Shown: positions 1 through 13,209 of the stretch, in pieces
How positions within the stretch are numbered: position 1 is the first letter of the stretch
Layout: each line of letters starts with the position of its first letter
From: Harriotta raleighana
Lineage: Eukaryota
Reading direction: 5' to 3'
Length of the DNA stretch: 64,000 bases
Assembly: GCA_050575255.1 (NCBI GenBank)
Contig: JBNZDD010013729.1
Coordinates: forward strand, 12,539,576-12,603,575
Translations under genes and position numbers: made by a program
Notes under the pieces: model-generated
Told to the model about the DNA's origin: nothing
Database searches by the model: none
The model's input: only the letters and a program-made list of their open reading frames with translations

Positions 1-1110
1 TCTTGGTGCATCCCAAAGAATTGCTCTGGGTTTACTTTTACAAACCCAATAAAATTTTTATTGTAAAAGCTGTAAAAGGTCCCTTGTGAGATGTCTTCTT
101 TCGAAACCTAGTTTATCCAATTATTTCTTATATCTCATTCTTCTAAAACCAGGGATCCCCACTGCCTTCCAATGCACTCGCTTTAGTTACTGGAGAGCTC
201 CCCTTTATGTTATGGTGAGCAGAATTGTAACTAATATCCTTTGAGTACATGCATTTCCTATCCTTACTTCCTATTTGTAGGATGGTGCATTTACTTGTAT
301 TCATTTTCATCCACCAGTTCGTTATCAGCCAAGAATACGCCCTATCAACCTCTCTTTTTAAAGGCCTTTTGTAAACCTGATGAAGCACAAGAAGAAATAC
401 TTGGGCTTGAGTTGTATCCGAACAGTAATTTGAAACGTTACCATGGGTTTCCAATTATCAGTTACACACATAGGTCAAGTATAAGCCATGATATGAGAGA
501 GACATGATTAATGCTCCTCGTTTTTTCAATCCACTAAGTAGTTCTTAATACTCAGAGAAGTCAATGACAGTGAACAAAACATACAATGAACAAAAGTACA
601 AGGACATGAAGAAAGAAGATAGATTTGCTGGATGGAGCTTAATTAACGAAGATATTTAGTAAAACCTACATAAGGATAACAGCGCTGAATGGGGCTTTCT
701 TTTTAATAATAATCCTTGTATTATTATTATTGAAGGGCTCTAATACGCCATCCGGCGTGGAGGGCGCTATATAAATCAAAGTTGTTGTTATTATGAAATA
801 CATCAGTTTTGTTCAATAGAAATATTTACATAGCAGCTATTTCTATTCAGCATGTAACAAAAAAGTTAATATTGGAAACTTTAATGTAGGCACCTATTAG
901 GACAATGAGTAAATTCTGACTTTCTCCAAAATAACTGAAAGCGTTTTTGTGCTGAGACAGAAGCGTTGTTAGCTTAAAGGCTGTTTCCAGTCTGGATGTG
1001 CTGAAATGTTCATCCCTGTCATTATCAGATAGCACCAATGTACATCTTAATAAATTTGATCAAAGAACATTTGCTGTCTTCTTTTAGCTTGTTTTAAGCT
1101 TGTTCTCCTT

Positions 1111-1440
1111 AACAACAACAAAATTACATTTGTATGGCGCCTTTCAAGTCAGGAGGACGTCCCAAGATGCTGGACAGTCGCTGCTTCAGCTCTGAGCTGA
1201 GGACAGGGTGGGGTTTGGGTGGGGGGAGGGAAGCAGGGAGATTAGGAGTTGCTGATGGGTCCATCGAAGAGTCTTGAGGCGAGATTTGAAGGAGGCCAGG
1301 GAGAGTGCAAGGCAGAGGGATTGCGGGATGGAGTTCCAGAGGTCGGGGGAAGAGTAGCTAAAGGCTCGTCTGCCAATGGAACATAGGAAGTGTGGGCGGG
1401 TTGGCTGAAGATTGGGTTGGGTGAAGAGAGGGAGGAGACG
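1111..1440 (-). mobile_element. L2 LINE 3' end
   Basis: (AAC)n tail and GGCGCCTTTCAAGTCAGGAGGACGTCCCAAG; similar fragments at about 2125-2320, 38620-38840, 46085-46420, 56955-57210. Confidence 0.75.
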
Positions 1441-2454
1441 TTTTTGCAGTTTGTTTCATTGGATGTTCACTTTGATTGGAGGATTGTGGGAACTACTGTA
1501 AATGTCCATTGCCCGATATAGAATTATTTCCCAGTGTTAAGATGATGACTGCAAATGCATTTTGTTTTGTTATTAAGAGAAACGCATTACAAAGACTGAA
1601 AAGTACAGTCACTGCAGTTTGCAGTTAACCGTGAAGACCCACGAAGACATCCTCATACTGTTGTCAATAAACTAGGTTACATTGCTGTTCTGAGTTGAGA
1701 ATAGGTGACTGATTCCCCTACCCGTCAATTGAGCTTTTAAATGCATTGAAAAGCAAGCAAAAATGGAAACGATAAGCTTTGTGTGTGGGAGTGGGAATGT
1801 ATGAAGAATTTCTGTAATTGGAGTCAAGAGACTCAAGAAATTAGGATTGACAATTTGAAATGGGATGTTTTGGCCTGGAACCTAGCCAACAATCTGATTA
1901 AAATAATAACCAGAACAACCCGACTTGGGAACATTCACAAATAGCAACTCCCTAACTCATTCCAGAGCAAAAGAGTTTAACAGAAGTTGAACCATGCTCA
2001 CTTCTCACAAGATCATCGATGAATATTTGGTGGAAAGCTCACAGCTATTGCCGCAGATGAAAATCATCCAAAGTAAGTAGATTTTATTGTGTTTCAAATG
2101 TCTCCAAAGATTTCGAGATGGGACAATAACAACAACAAAATGTCACTCGTATAGCGCCTTTCACGTCAGGAGGACATCCCATTGTGCAGGACAGACACTG
2201 TTTCAGACCCAAGTTGGGGACCGGGACAGGGAGTGTAGAGGGAAAGGGGTGGATGGAGTGACCGATAGGACCGTCGAAGAGGAGGGTCTTGAGGCGGGAC
2301 TTGGAGGCCAGGGAGACAAACCATGACTGTTAAGTTTTACTTGTCTTTTCTGCCCACCTCCCACTGCTTCACATTAATATCCCTGAAGATTTGCTTGCCA
2401 CATTAGTGCTGTGCAGATATCTTAAACATCCAAACCCAGAAGGTCAGGGAAGAA

Positions 2455-3435
2455 ATGGATGAGAATACAGCAACTTTTGTTGGCGGTTACAATTCCTCCC
2501 GTACATTTTCTGCCGATCTGAACTCATCAATCTGTCCTCTGTACGAAGACTACAAACACACGCTGCTGCCCGTCACCTACAGCTTGGTGTTTGTCCTGGG
2601 TTTGACCCTCAACGGAGCAGTCCTCTGCTTCTCCTGGCGTCTCACTCTCAAGTGGAGTTGCAGCACAATCTACCTGGTGAACCTTGCTGTTGCGGATCTA
2701 CTTTATGTCTGCTCCCTCCCTTTGCTCATCCTCAATTATGCTTGGAGGGACAGGTGGCCCTTTGGCGACTTCCTGTGCAGACTTGTGCGCTTTCTCTTCT
2801 ACGCCAACCTTTACGGGAGCATCTTATTCCTGACCTGCATCAGCGTCCATCGCTACCTGGGGCTTTGCTTGCCCATGAAGTCCATCAAGTGGAGGACACG
2901 GCGGCTGGCGACGGGGACTTGCTTCGTGGCCTGGATTATGGTAGGTTTGCAAGTTGTACCCACTTACCTTTACGCACACACAGGCAGCCTGGCCAACAAA
3001 ACAGTGTGCTATGACCTGACCAGTCCTGGTAATTTCCACAACTACTTGCTCTATGGCACTGTGCTCACCGTGACTGGGTTCCTCATCCCTTTTGTGATCA
3101 TCACTCTGTCTTACTGTTGTATTATAAAGACGCTCATTGTTTCTGGAGATGGTGCACAGTTGCAGAAGCCAGTGCGAACCAAAGCGATCCGTACCATCCT
3201 GTTGGTGTGTGGTTTGCTGGCTATCTGCTTTGTCCCCTTTCACATCGCCCGCACCATTTACCTCTTTGTCCGAGCATATCTGGTGCGAGACTGCGATATC
3301 TTGCAGACTGTCAGTTTGGCATACAAGATCTGGAGACCAGTCATCAGCTTCAACAGCTGCATCAATCCTCTTCTGTATTTCCTGTCTGGAGATAAATACA
3401 GCCCCAGACTGCTGCTGAGACTCAGAGCCAGATAG
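2455..3435 (+). CDS. P2Y purinoceptor-like class A GPCR (P2Y2/4/6/P2Y3-like; possible GPR79 orthologue), single coding exon, 326 aa
   Basis: Intact ORF with 7 hydrophobic segments, N-glycosylation sequons, LN in TM1, NLAVAD in TM2, W-P-F-G-D-x-x-C, SVHRY, CYD in ECL2, TM6 CFVPFHIAR (HxxR), TM7 YKIWRP (YKxxR) and NPLLY. Confidence 0.93.
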   Translation: MDENTATFVGGYNSSRTFSADLNSSICPLYEDYKHTLLPVTYSLVFVLGLTLNGAVLCFSWRLTLKWSCSTIYLVNLAVADLLYVCSLPLLILNYAWRDRWPFGDFLCRLVRFLFYANLYGSILFLTCISVHRYLGLCLPMKSIKWRTRRLATGTCFVAWIMVGLQVVPTYLYAHTGSLANKTVCYDLTSPGNFHNYLLYGTVLTVTGFLIPFVIITLSYCCIIKTLIVSGDGAQLQKPVRTKAIRTILLVCGLLAICFVPFHIARTIYLFVRAYLVRDCDILQTVSLAYKIWRPVISFNSCINPLLYFLSGDKYSPRLLLRLRAR

Positions 3436-4642
3436 ATGGGTTCACTGAGTTAGGAGTCGGGGTACAGGATAGGAAGAATTCAACTCTCAATGGATCTTAA
3501 TCACCTCAAAAGTAAACTGGTGTAAATGAGTGATCCTATTTCACAGTACATTTAGACAGTTAGACAGGGTAAATCTTTGCAAGTGGGTTTTCAGAAGCAG
3601 CCAGAATACAATGAGTTTGGTAAAGAGTTATTTATTGCTTCAATCTCACACATTGCAATTCACACATATACCACAGTCCGGAGCTGCTCTTTTCCCCATT
3701 ATTACATATTCTTGAACTGTTTGATTGGGGTGGGGTAGGGATTGAAGAAAGGAGATTGAAAAGAGAAATACCCATTTCTTTTTGTGCTGATATGGTACAA
3801 AACATTTTTTTTTGCTAAGCCAACTTCAAATATTTTGAATTTTACTTTATCAAAACATGCATTATAAACATTGAAAATGGGGGAGTGAAGGTATTTACTA
3901 TCTTCCATAGACGAACAAGGAGATTATTAAAATCCCATCCTCATACTATAGTAGTTGGATTTAAAATAGTTTGATGAATATCTTTCCTGATTTGCAGCTT
4001 TTCTGATCAAGTTTGATATTTGTTACCTTATTTTTGCTGGGATATCTTAATCACAGAAGTTAATGATACAATTTATTTAGAGCTACTCAAGTTTTCAATC
4101 CAGTGTTAATGTGTGACCGATAATTAAACGTTACTCCAAAATAGCAACACAAGACATTTACAAGTTTATTACATACAAAACTGTCATTTACAATGAATGT
4201 GCAATTCTTCGCATTCTAAAGTTTGTATAAAAAGTGAAGGAAGACTGGACACATTTTGCCATGACTTCAATAATAATTATTGTGAAAAATATTTAAAAAT
4301 TACATTATTCAAGCAGAAGCATGGTTTCAAAATTTTCTAGAGGCGTATAAATCTCCAAAGGGATTTTGTCACTTAAAAACACTGTACACATTTCTACTAA
4401 AAAAAACTAGTTGATATTGAATTCTCCAGTGCAACAATTCAGATAAAATGTGGCAAATACCAGTACTGTAATATCTATTTTGATCTTAGGTTTGTTGTTG
4501 AAACGTATCTTGTAGTGAAAGACACCTCATTTAATAAAACTTTAATCGTTTAGTCACGACTTCTTAAAAGACTTGCAAGAGTTCTGTGCCGCCACTTTCA
4601 CTGTCCTTAAAATGACAGACGTGACCTTCTGCCAGTGTCTAT

Positions 4643-4702
4643 TTATTTGAGCGTACATCTGTACTTCAGTGCAGATATATGAATGCAATAATGTTCTGGC
4701 AA
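4643..4702 (-). CDS. MFSD1: MFSD1 long-isoform last exon (LPEHYCIHISALKYRCTLK*)
   Basis: ttttcttgcag acceptor, phase 0 matching exon 5298-5409, ends TAA; minus-strand AATAAA at 4165-4170. Confidence 0.75.
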   Translation of the reverse strand: MPEHYCIHISALKYRCTLK

Positions 4703-7700
4703 CTGCAAGAAAACAAGCAAGAATCAGGCTAGATTCACACAGCAACATTTCACTGGTATATAAAGCTCTTAAAAAACAAAATTAATTGATGAAGTTGCTA
4801 ACAGAGAATGATAATAATAATTCTTACATTTGATACAGCGCTTTTCACGTCTTCTAGACGTCTCAAAGCGCTTCACAAAATACTGTATACTGTTAAGTGA
4901 ATTGATTGTATATTTGTGGAGGAAGCAGCCAATTGCACACAGCAGTGTCCCCACAAACAGTCGTGGATTGAAATGACCAATTTTTATTTTTATTGGGTGG
5001 GATAGATTATTATTAGGCGTGCAGATTCTATGATTCTGTCAGTGACAGGCCTTTATGTGAAAAGAACCTCGAGAATAATGGAAAAGCCACAGAACAGAAG
5101 CAAAATATCCAGAAAACACATGCCTCTGGTTGGATCATAGGTTGGACAAAATTACAGCACAATAAAGCTCTCAAAAACTAACCTGGACAATGACCGCATA
5201 CAAACAAACTATCGCCCATTTGAGTAGGACTTACATTGTACTTTAAAGGGAAGAGATTTTAAAAGAAGAAAGTTGTAAAATGTCTAGTTGTTCTTACTTG
5301 TGCTCCGAGTCTGGAAAGATACCGGTTTCTTACTGCAAACGCGCTCATGGGTTGAATCTTGGCTAAATCCTCTTCTTCCCATTGACGAATGCGCTCAGCA
5401 TTCTCAACTCTGCGAAACAAAGAAGCCAAAACGATGAGGAATTTCAGCTACTGGAGTTGTCAAGGTATCATACCCGGTAATTACATTTTCCAATGAACCA
5501 AGGAAAATATGATCATCTTGATCTGAAGGGATTTAATTATTAAAGTTTTATTGTCACTAATTAGTTTCAGTGAACACAAAAATCAGCCCGAGCAAGAGCA
5601 TTGTATGTATTAAGTTTTACTAAGTTGTGCAGATTTAAGTAAGACATTAGTAAAATTCAGTGTTTTTTTATTAGATTGTTAAACGCAGTATATAAAACCT
5701 GAAATTTGGAACTGTTAATACATTACAGAACAATCTTGCACAGGTTCCATTTCAGTTCAAAGTTAGTGTCGCCAAAGATAACTTTTAAATGCTTCTTACC
5801 TAACAATGAACGGTTTATGTCACAAGTTACAGAATGGACCAGCCACCAGCATTGCCTTGAATAAGCGAATTGCAATACATAAATTGAACACGCACACATA
5901 AAAAAAAAGTGCAAACAATTAAGTGGTTTTGCGAATGAGTTATCACAGACATCAAGCCATTCCAACAGTTTCGAAACGCATTAACACAGCCACATTATTT
6001 ATGTTTGAAGTTTACTGAAGTTACTTGTTCCAGGAAGTTCCATGCACAGTTCCAGCAGTTGTAAATACATTTCTAAGGTTAATTTTCAAGTGCAAAATTG
6101 GTATACAACATTGTAAAATATCTGGTCTACAGTTTGGAAAAATTGGAATCATCGTAAACATAATTGCTCTGAAACACATGAAAAATATAAGCTCTATTTA
6201 AAACTTTCCCATTCATGGCGCACTTGCTTAAATGTAGATGACAAAACTAGGTAGCACAAAATTGATTAAAAAATTATTTGAATACAATTAAAATATCATT
6301 TTACAGAAAGGATATGGAAATTAGACGCATTGATTAATTAACTAAATGTCCCAACAAATAAAACAAATTGTCACACCACAATGATTTTGGGGGTAAAGTC
6401 AACTAAAAGCACAATTATTAAACGTTATTTTAATATTGCTGCCTTAAGAGTGTCTGGAGGCTATTAAAATTGGAATATAAATTGACAGTAGGATGTCAAG
6501 GACTGCAACTACGGCATCGCTGAATACAATTTTGGGTGAGGTGTTGCTCTCTCCCACTACACATTGAAAGTATTAAATACAGTATATTCTTCATGTTGAT
6601 GCTTTGACGCTCAAAAGTGTTGTATACTTCTGGTCGAAGGCTGCTACTGACAATTCTCATCTGTAAGAAATTGTAGTGAAAGTTAATGTCATGTCAATGC
6701 CCACATAGAACTACACTTAGTCCTCCCTTAACATCACAGTCACGTTCGCGAAAAGTGTGACTTTAAGCGAACCCGCACAAGAATATCAGATGTTCAGCAT
6801 CTATATATGCCTAAACTACCCAAAGTAGTTTGTTTCCACCAGTATGAATGACGTAATAGCGAAGATTGCAACGATAAATTAATATTTATCAGCAACGTAT
6901 CAGCTATGCATCAGCAACGTAATAACGAAACAACATTGACAGAAGCAAAGTTAAGCGAGGTCTTCCTGTATTTAACAATGCTAAACAGACCACCTGCAAC
7001 TTTGAATTCCAGGTAATGGTTTGACCCGTATTATAAGTTACTCCCAAAGTACCCAACTCGGAAAGTGATTCTGGGTGGACAAATTAAAGCTTGTCCGAAT
7101 CGAGGCAATGGCATCTGTCTGGATCGTTCAGTTGAGTTACAGCTGTTAAATGTCTTGTTTATACACAATGATTGCTCATGAATGAAGAAATTAAACAGTG
7201 CCTTTTAATACTCGTCTTGTTAATACTTATAAGAGGGAAAGTGAAACACAAGAGAATGAGCCCAGGAAGGTATCATCAACTTTAAGTCATGATCAATAGT
7301 CCTGTAGCTGTGGAGTCTTGTAGCTCAGTGGTTAGAACACTCGCTTTGCAAGCGTGAAACCTGTATTTCAAAACCAGGCAGGTCAGGTCAGGACGAAACC
7401 GTGGGCAAGTTTCCTTACTCCAGGCGCCTAATAATAATCCATCCAAAAAAAACCTATAAGAAATTTCAATCAAGACTGTTTGTGGGACACTGCTGTGTGC
7501 AATTGGCTGCCGTATATTCAATCAATTCACTTTAGAGTATATTCTGTGAAGCGCTTTGAGACACAGTCTAGAAGACGTGAAAAGCACTGTATGAAATACA
7601 ACTTCACTAATTGTTTTCCATTTATGTTGACGGATGGCAGCTTTGCTTTGGAGGCACAAACAGATGCCAACACTATATAATAAATTTCACAACTTTTGGA

Positions 7701-10700
7701 GACATCTGCACTATCTGCCAATTGTGGGTTACTCTACTTATTACCACCTCATCTGAAATAGGCAATGCAGAAGTAACAGGGAACAATTAACTACATTGTG
7801 GGACTATGCTCGGGTAAATCACAACACCTCATTCCAGAAGTACAAAAAAAGGGTAGGTTTTAGTATAATATTTTGACTGGAAGCCAAATAATCCAAGCCA
7901 GTTTTGGTGTGGAAAACACACACCCACGCACACCACAAACAAGAACAGGGTGGTAAGAAGCTCAAAGAATATTCCAATAGGCACAACTGCGCATGGCATT
8001 TCAGGTTTTGTGGAAACATTTAAGCAGTTCCACAGCCGAGTGACAAAAAAAGGCATTTACTTCCAAAGAGCAAAAATCTTTCCATCTATATCAGTGACTT
8101 CTTCCATTCACATGCAACTGAAGTTAAGTAACAAAGCGAAGGATAACACAATTGGGCCTGTGGGTTTTGAACGGGTTAATTTGGGAACAATTTCTAATCC
8201 AAAAAAACAAATCCCATCATGTGGAATTAAGCAGATTTAACAAAAATGTTAAAGTATAATGCTTCCACAGTGAATTTAATTAAGATTGTATTAAAATGCT
8301 GGATTAAAGAGCCTCAAGCAAGCTGTTTAACATAATTCATGCTTTTTTCACAGTTCAAAGTGTATTGTGTGTGACAGTTTTCTCTGAGCACTCTGCAGAG
8401 CATTCATTGTATGTATTGCACAGAACTCTTTTACAATGCAACTCATCTCCAGTCTAATACTATTTCTCAACTATAAACCCTCATGCAGTTTGGGAAGAGC
8501 AAAATAAGAGATAAATTGTTTGCAATATAGATTTCAAGGCCTTATTCAGATGAATGAGCAGAAAGTGGACTTAATAGTTTGTGTGTACCACTGATTTCAC
8601 AAAGATAAAAATATTTTGAATACAGAAACAATGAATTGCATTTATAGAGCGCCTTTCATGTCCCAAGGATGACTAGGATTTCTGGACAATGTCAATGCTT
8701 CTTAGAAACTTGTTTATAGTTTACAAAGTCCCACTGTTCAACAATTAATTCTTCCACTTGTTACTCAATCTCAACCTGAAGATGTCTTCAATTAGTCAAG
8801 TTAAACTCAGCCATTTGCTATGACGAGGCGTAACTTATATCCAACCGCTGTTTCCCTCTTCCCCCGAATTGAAAAGAAATGTACACTTACTCTTCTGCTG
8901 TAATATTCTGCAATTCTGAACGTTTCCAGGCTGCCAGATTGAGTTCACCTCCTAGCAGGTTTATAACAAACAGCATTATGAACATCTTTTGTCACACTCT
9001 GAAACAAATGGTGTTTCAAAGAAAATGATTTCAACGAAATTCATACCTGACAACAAATCCCAAAAATATAGTACTAGGGCAGCCATCAGCGCCACTGAAA
9101 ACAGAAAAAACACAGAAGGAAATAACTGTCACAAATCAGACAACAACAGCACTGAACTTGAAGCAAAATTCTACAGAACAGATACCATAACACACAACAG
9201 TTATTTGAAAAGTAAAAGAAGATCTGAGTCAGCTAAACTCAAGACTATAGAAAGGGTACCATCAGAGCCTGCAAAACAAATTCAGAATTGTGACACGAAT
9301 TGTAACAAATTCTATCTTTTGGAAAAGCATCGAACAGCATCCCCAATAAGAGAACACATTGCAAAAATTCACATGTTATTAGGGTTACACAACAGGAAGA
9401 ATGGCACAAGTTTGGGATGTATAAGGTTGTTTTCAGCACCTTGGGACGTCCTCTTGACGTGAAAGGCGCAATACAAATGTAATTTTGTTGTTGTTCTTCA
9501 GTGCGGTAAGGAAACATGAGTACAGGAAACCCACAAATTGGTTGCGATCAGTAAATAAAACCTTCCCCTGGCCTTGGATCGCAGGTCAATAGCTTTTGCC
9601 TTTGGATCCAGATTAAGTGGTGTTTAAATATGATAAAACAGTGTTGTTTATTTTCCATATAAACATTTAAATAGAGCTAGCACAATCAATATCTGCCTCT
9701 GAGTCAGGAAGGATTGAGTTTAAGATCCACATTGGGACTCTGTGCCCATAGTCCAGGCTGATAATCCAATGAAGTGCTGGGAGAGGGGCTGCATTGCCAG
9801 AGATGGTGTCCTTCAGTAAGATGTTAAACCAATTTCCAGTGTAATATTTTGGAGGATGTTAGAGATCCCATTGCATTATTTGAAAAGTGGACAGTTTCTC
9901 TCCCAGTATCCTGGTCAGCAATCCTAAAATTGTTGATTCTCTTCATTACTATTTGAGGAACACAGCTGTGTTCAGCTACAATCACATACCTCACTACACT
10001 TTACTGTGAAGCCTGTTAAGTGTTGGGAGACATTTTGACAATGTGATCAATGTAAGAATTACTTAATAACTTCAATTGTCGTGTTTATTCAGACAGAGTT
10101 GTTTCATTTATTTTCAATCAACTGAACAGTATTACCTCTGCAAGTGAAATGGAATACAGGAGACTACTTCAAACATATGGTACTTACAAAAGACACAAGT
10201 ACAGAAAAATACTTCAAGTAGAAAATATCCTTTGGAATCCAGTATGGCACCAGCAGCAATTGAAACCACTGCAAGACCCAAGTTCTGTATGGACTGCATG
10301 CTAGAAAAAAGTTCAATTTTTTAAAAGAAAGACACAAATTGACAAAAAAAAAACTTAAGTCATAATCTTAGTCTTACAACAGCTAAACATCCACGCTAAA
10401 TGAAAACCAAGAATCTCCTCCAACCAAGAAAGGGCTTCAGAATACTAGAGTACTGTATGTTGATCCGTGAAGCACTTTTAGGTGTCTAGAAGTGAAAAGC
10501 ACTACAGTATATCAGATGCAAGGATTATTATTTTTATTACTTACAAACCATAGGCTGTTCCGATCTGATGTTCAGGAACCACAAAAGCCACCATTGGCCA
10601 CAAAGCACAGGCAAGCAAAGAATAGGAAATTCCCAACAGACTCTGAAATTAGAGAAAATTATATGTCAAAAACAAATCTCTATTCGATTCCAAATATTCT

Positions 10701-13177
10701 TTTAAAAGCAGCCAGCCTTAAAATAAGCCTAATCAAGGGACATTAGAAACATTAAAGTTGTTGAAGTTTTTTCCAATTTTCTTCTTTTCTCCTCTGTTAA
10801 ACGGAATAGAAGCATCCTTTCACTAACCTCCCCTGATGTATAGAAAACTGTAGTAGGAACAAACCAACTCATTTGATAAGTAGTGTTGAACTTCACAATT
10901 GCCACTGTAGCTTCAAATAGTTTAACCCAACAAGGCAATTTCTAAAAACATTATCATCCAGTAAATCATCACTGATGAGGACTGTTCTTCCATTGAAATT
11001 GTGCTGTTTCAATTCATTGTCTCTTCCAAAGTCTTACAAATAAAACCATCCAGATCAGATTGTCATTGAACCTGATTGCTTTAATGAAATCCAGTTATAT
11101 GTTGAGAAGATTCAAGTGGCCTAAAAGAATTTACAAACAGAACTGAGGACAGGAATATCTTAAACTCCAATTTATCATCTATAAAATAATAATAATCCAT
11201 AAAAATTGGTTATTTAAATCCACGACTGTTTGTGGGACACTGCTGTGCATAATTGATGGTTGATGTGGGGAATTGAATTGTTCACACTCAAGAGCAGTTA
11301 TATTGACCCACAATTATACTTTGCCTCAGTCTTCAGATTTAGTGACATTTGGGCAAAATAGTGATACATTTTCAAGCAGTCAGTTAACATTAAACATGGC
11401 AAGTATGAATCTGATTTATCAATTGTACATTTCTTTCTCCTCCCATAAACATTTTGCATTCACTATCCAGAAATCCATTTCGTGCAGGATTCACAAACAA
11501 TATTATCTGTCCCGACTTATGTTTTTCAACATAGAAAATCCTTTCATTTGAGTTAGAAGCATTCAAATATTCCTTTAGATTGCAGAAGTAGATTCAACCT
11601 TGCCCTGCCCTCTGCACCTTATTCTACCGAATCCTTCCTTCCCCCTTCAAGCAATAAATCACAGGAAATTTACTATCGATGCACATCTAAAGTCTCTTTC
11701 ACATAGCTATTTTCAAAGATGGCAACATAAGTATTTCATACAAACAGTGCATACAGGCATTTCAGGCAGACAGTTGCTTTACCATTGCAATCCAAGGGTT
11801 CCAGAAGGTGAATGCCATCATCATGTGAGCAATCAAAGTTAATAACACAGCGCACATAACCCAAAAGATATTCTTTCCCACTTTGTCCACCAGAAATCCG
11901 AGGACAGGCGAAGCTGGTGCTGAAATTATATACACAATACTGGAAAAGAGGAATCAGAAATGAGTGGAATATTCAAGTGTATTCATATTATCGTACGAAC
12001 ATCTTACATAAACAACTTTTACGTTGCGACATTCATGTGGGTTAGCGTCCTGGAGCACTTGATCTTTGAACACAAAGGGTAAAAGCACGACAAAGCACTG
12101 GTCTTTTAAAAAGATGCAATTTACTGGATTTGCGTGTAATTGCCACACTTTTTTTTAACTGTTATCCTGCAGTTCATCTGCTGGTAGCAGTTACCTGTTG
12201 ACGGCACTGGCTTCTGCGGGAGAGAACTTGAACTTCTCAATGAAGAAAACCCTAAGACGGGAGAGAAAAAAAAATAGTTGTTGCTCTTTTATGTGATATA
12301 AAACAGGAGATGTGCTTGTGTTGTGTTCTCATGGCAGACGTCTGTATTTTATACAAGTTGCCATTCGCTCATTACAGTAAAACTATTGCAATGTCCTCCT
12401 CTCCAGTCTCCCCTCCACCACAATCCATAAAATCCAGCTAATCCAAAACTGTGCCGCCCACATACTCACCCGCTCCAAACTTCGCTCCCCCATTACCCCA
12501 GTCCTTGCCAGACTTCACTGGCTCCCTATCCCAGAGAGGATCGACTTCAAGATCCTCACCCTAGTTTTCAAATCCCTCCACTTCTTTGCACCCACCCTAC
12601 CTCTCTGACCTCCTCTCCCCCCAAACCAGCACCCGCTGCCTTCGCTCCTCTGGGTCTGACCTCCTCTGGGTCTGACCTCCTCCATGTCCCCCGATTCCTC
12701 CGCCCCACCCTCGGCAGCCGTGCCTTCAGCTACTACGCCCCAAGGCTCTGGAACTCCCTTCCTCACTCCCTTCGCCTCGCCCCCTCTCTTCCCAGTTTCA
12801 GGTCACAGCCGAAGACCTTTCTCTTCGACCGCGCTTTTGGTCACCTTTCTGCCCCTGCCCCGGTTCGGTCCCGGGATCTGCTATTGTGAAACGCTCCAGC
12901 GTGGAGGGCGCTATATAAATTGAAGTTGTTGTTGTAAAACCCCGTTTATCTGGCATCCACAGGTCCTGGTCAGTGGCGGTTAAACGGTTTTTCCGGATTT
13001 TTTAAAAATTAAAGAAATATATATTAAAAAAATTAACACATACCGTATTAATAATAGACTAAATAATAATGGAATAGCTTTGCAATCGCAGCACTGGTTC
13101 GACGGAGGTAAAACAAAATGCGACTTTACAAAGCAACGAGTTTAGACTTGACTAACGGCCAGCACCCACATAAATAG

Positions 13178-13209
<32 letters not shown>

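Noticed and set aside
143-507. Short ORFs at the window start (HNIKGSS resembles the MLF1 C-terminus)
   Set aside because: 57 kb from MLF1 across other genes, no splice context; chance similarity
2652-3418. Alternative-frame and antisense ORFs over the GPCR
   Set aside because: Shadow ORFs of a GC-rich coding sequence
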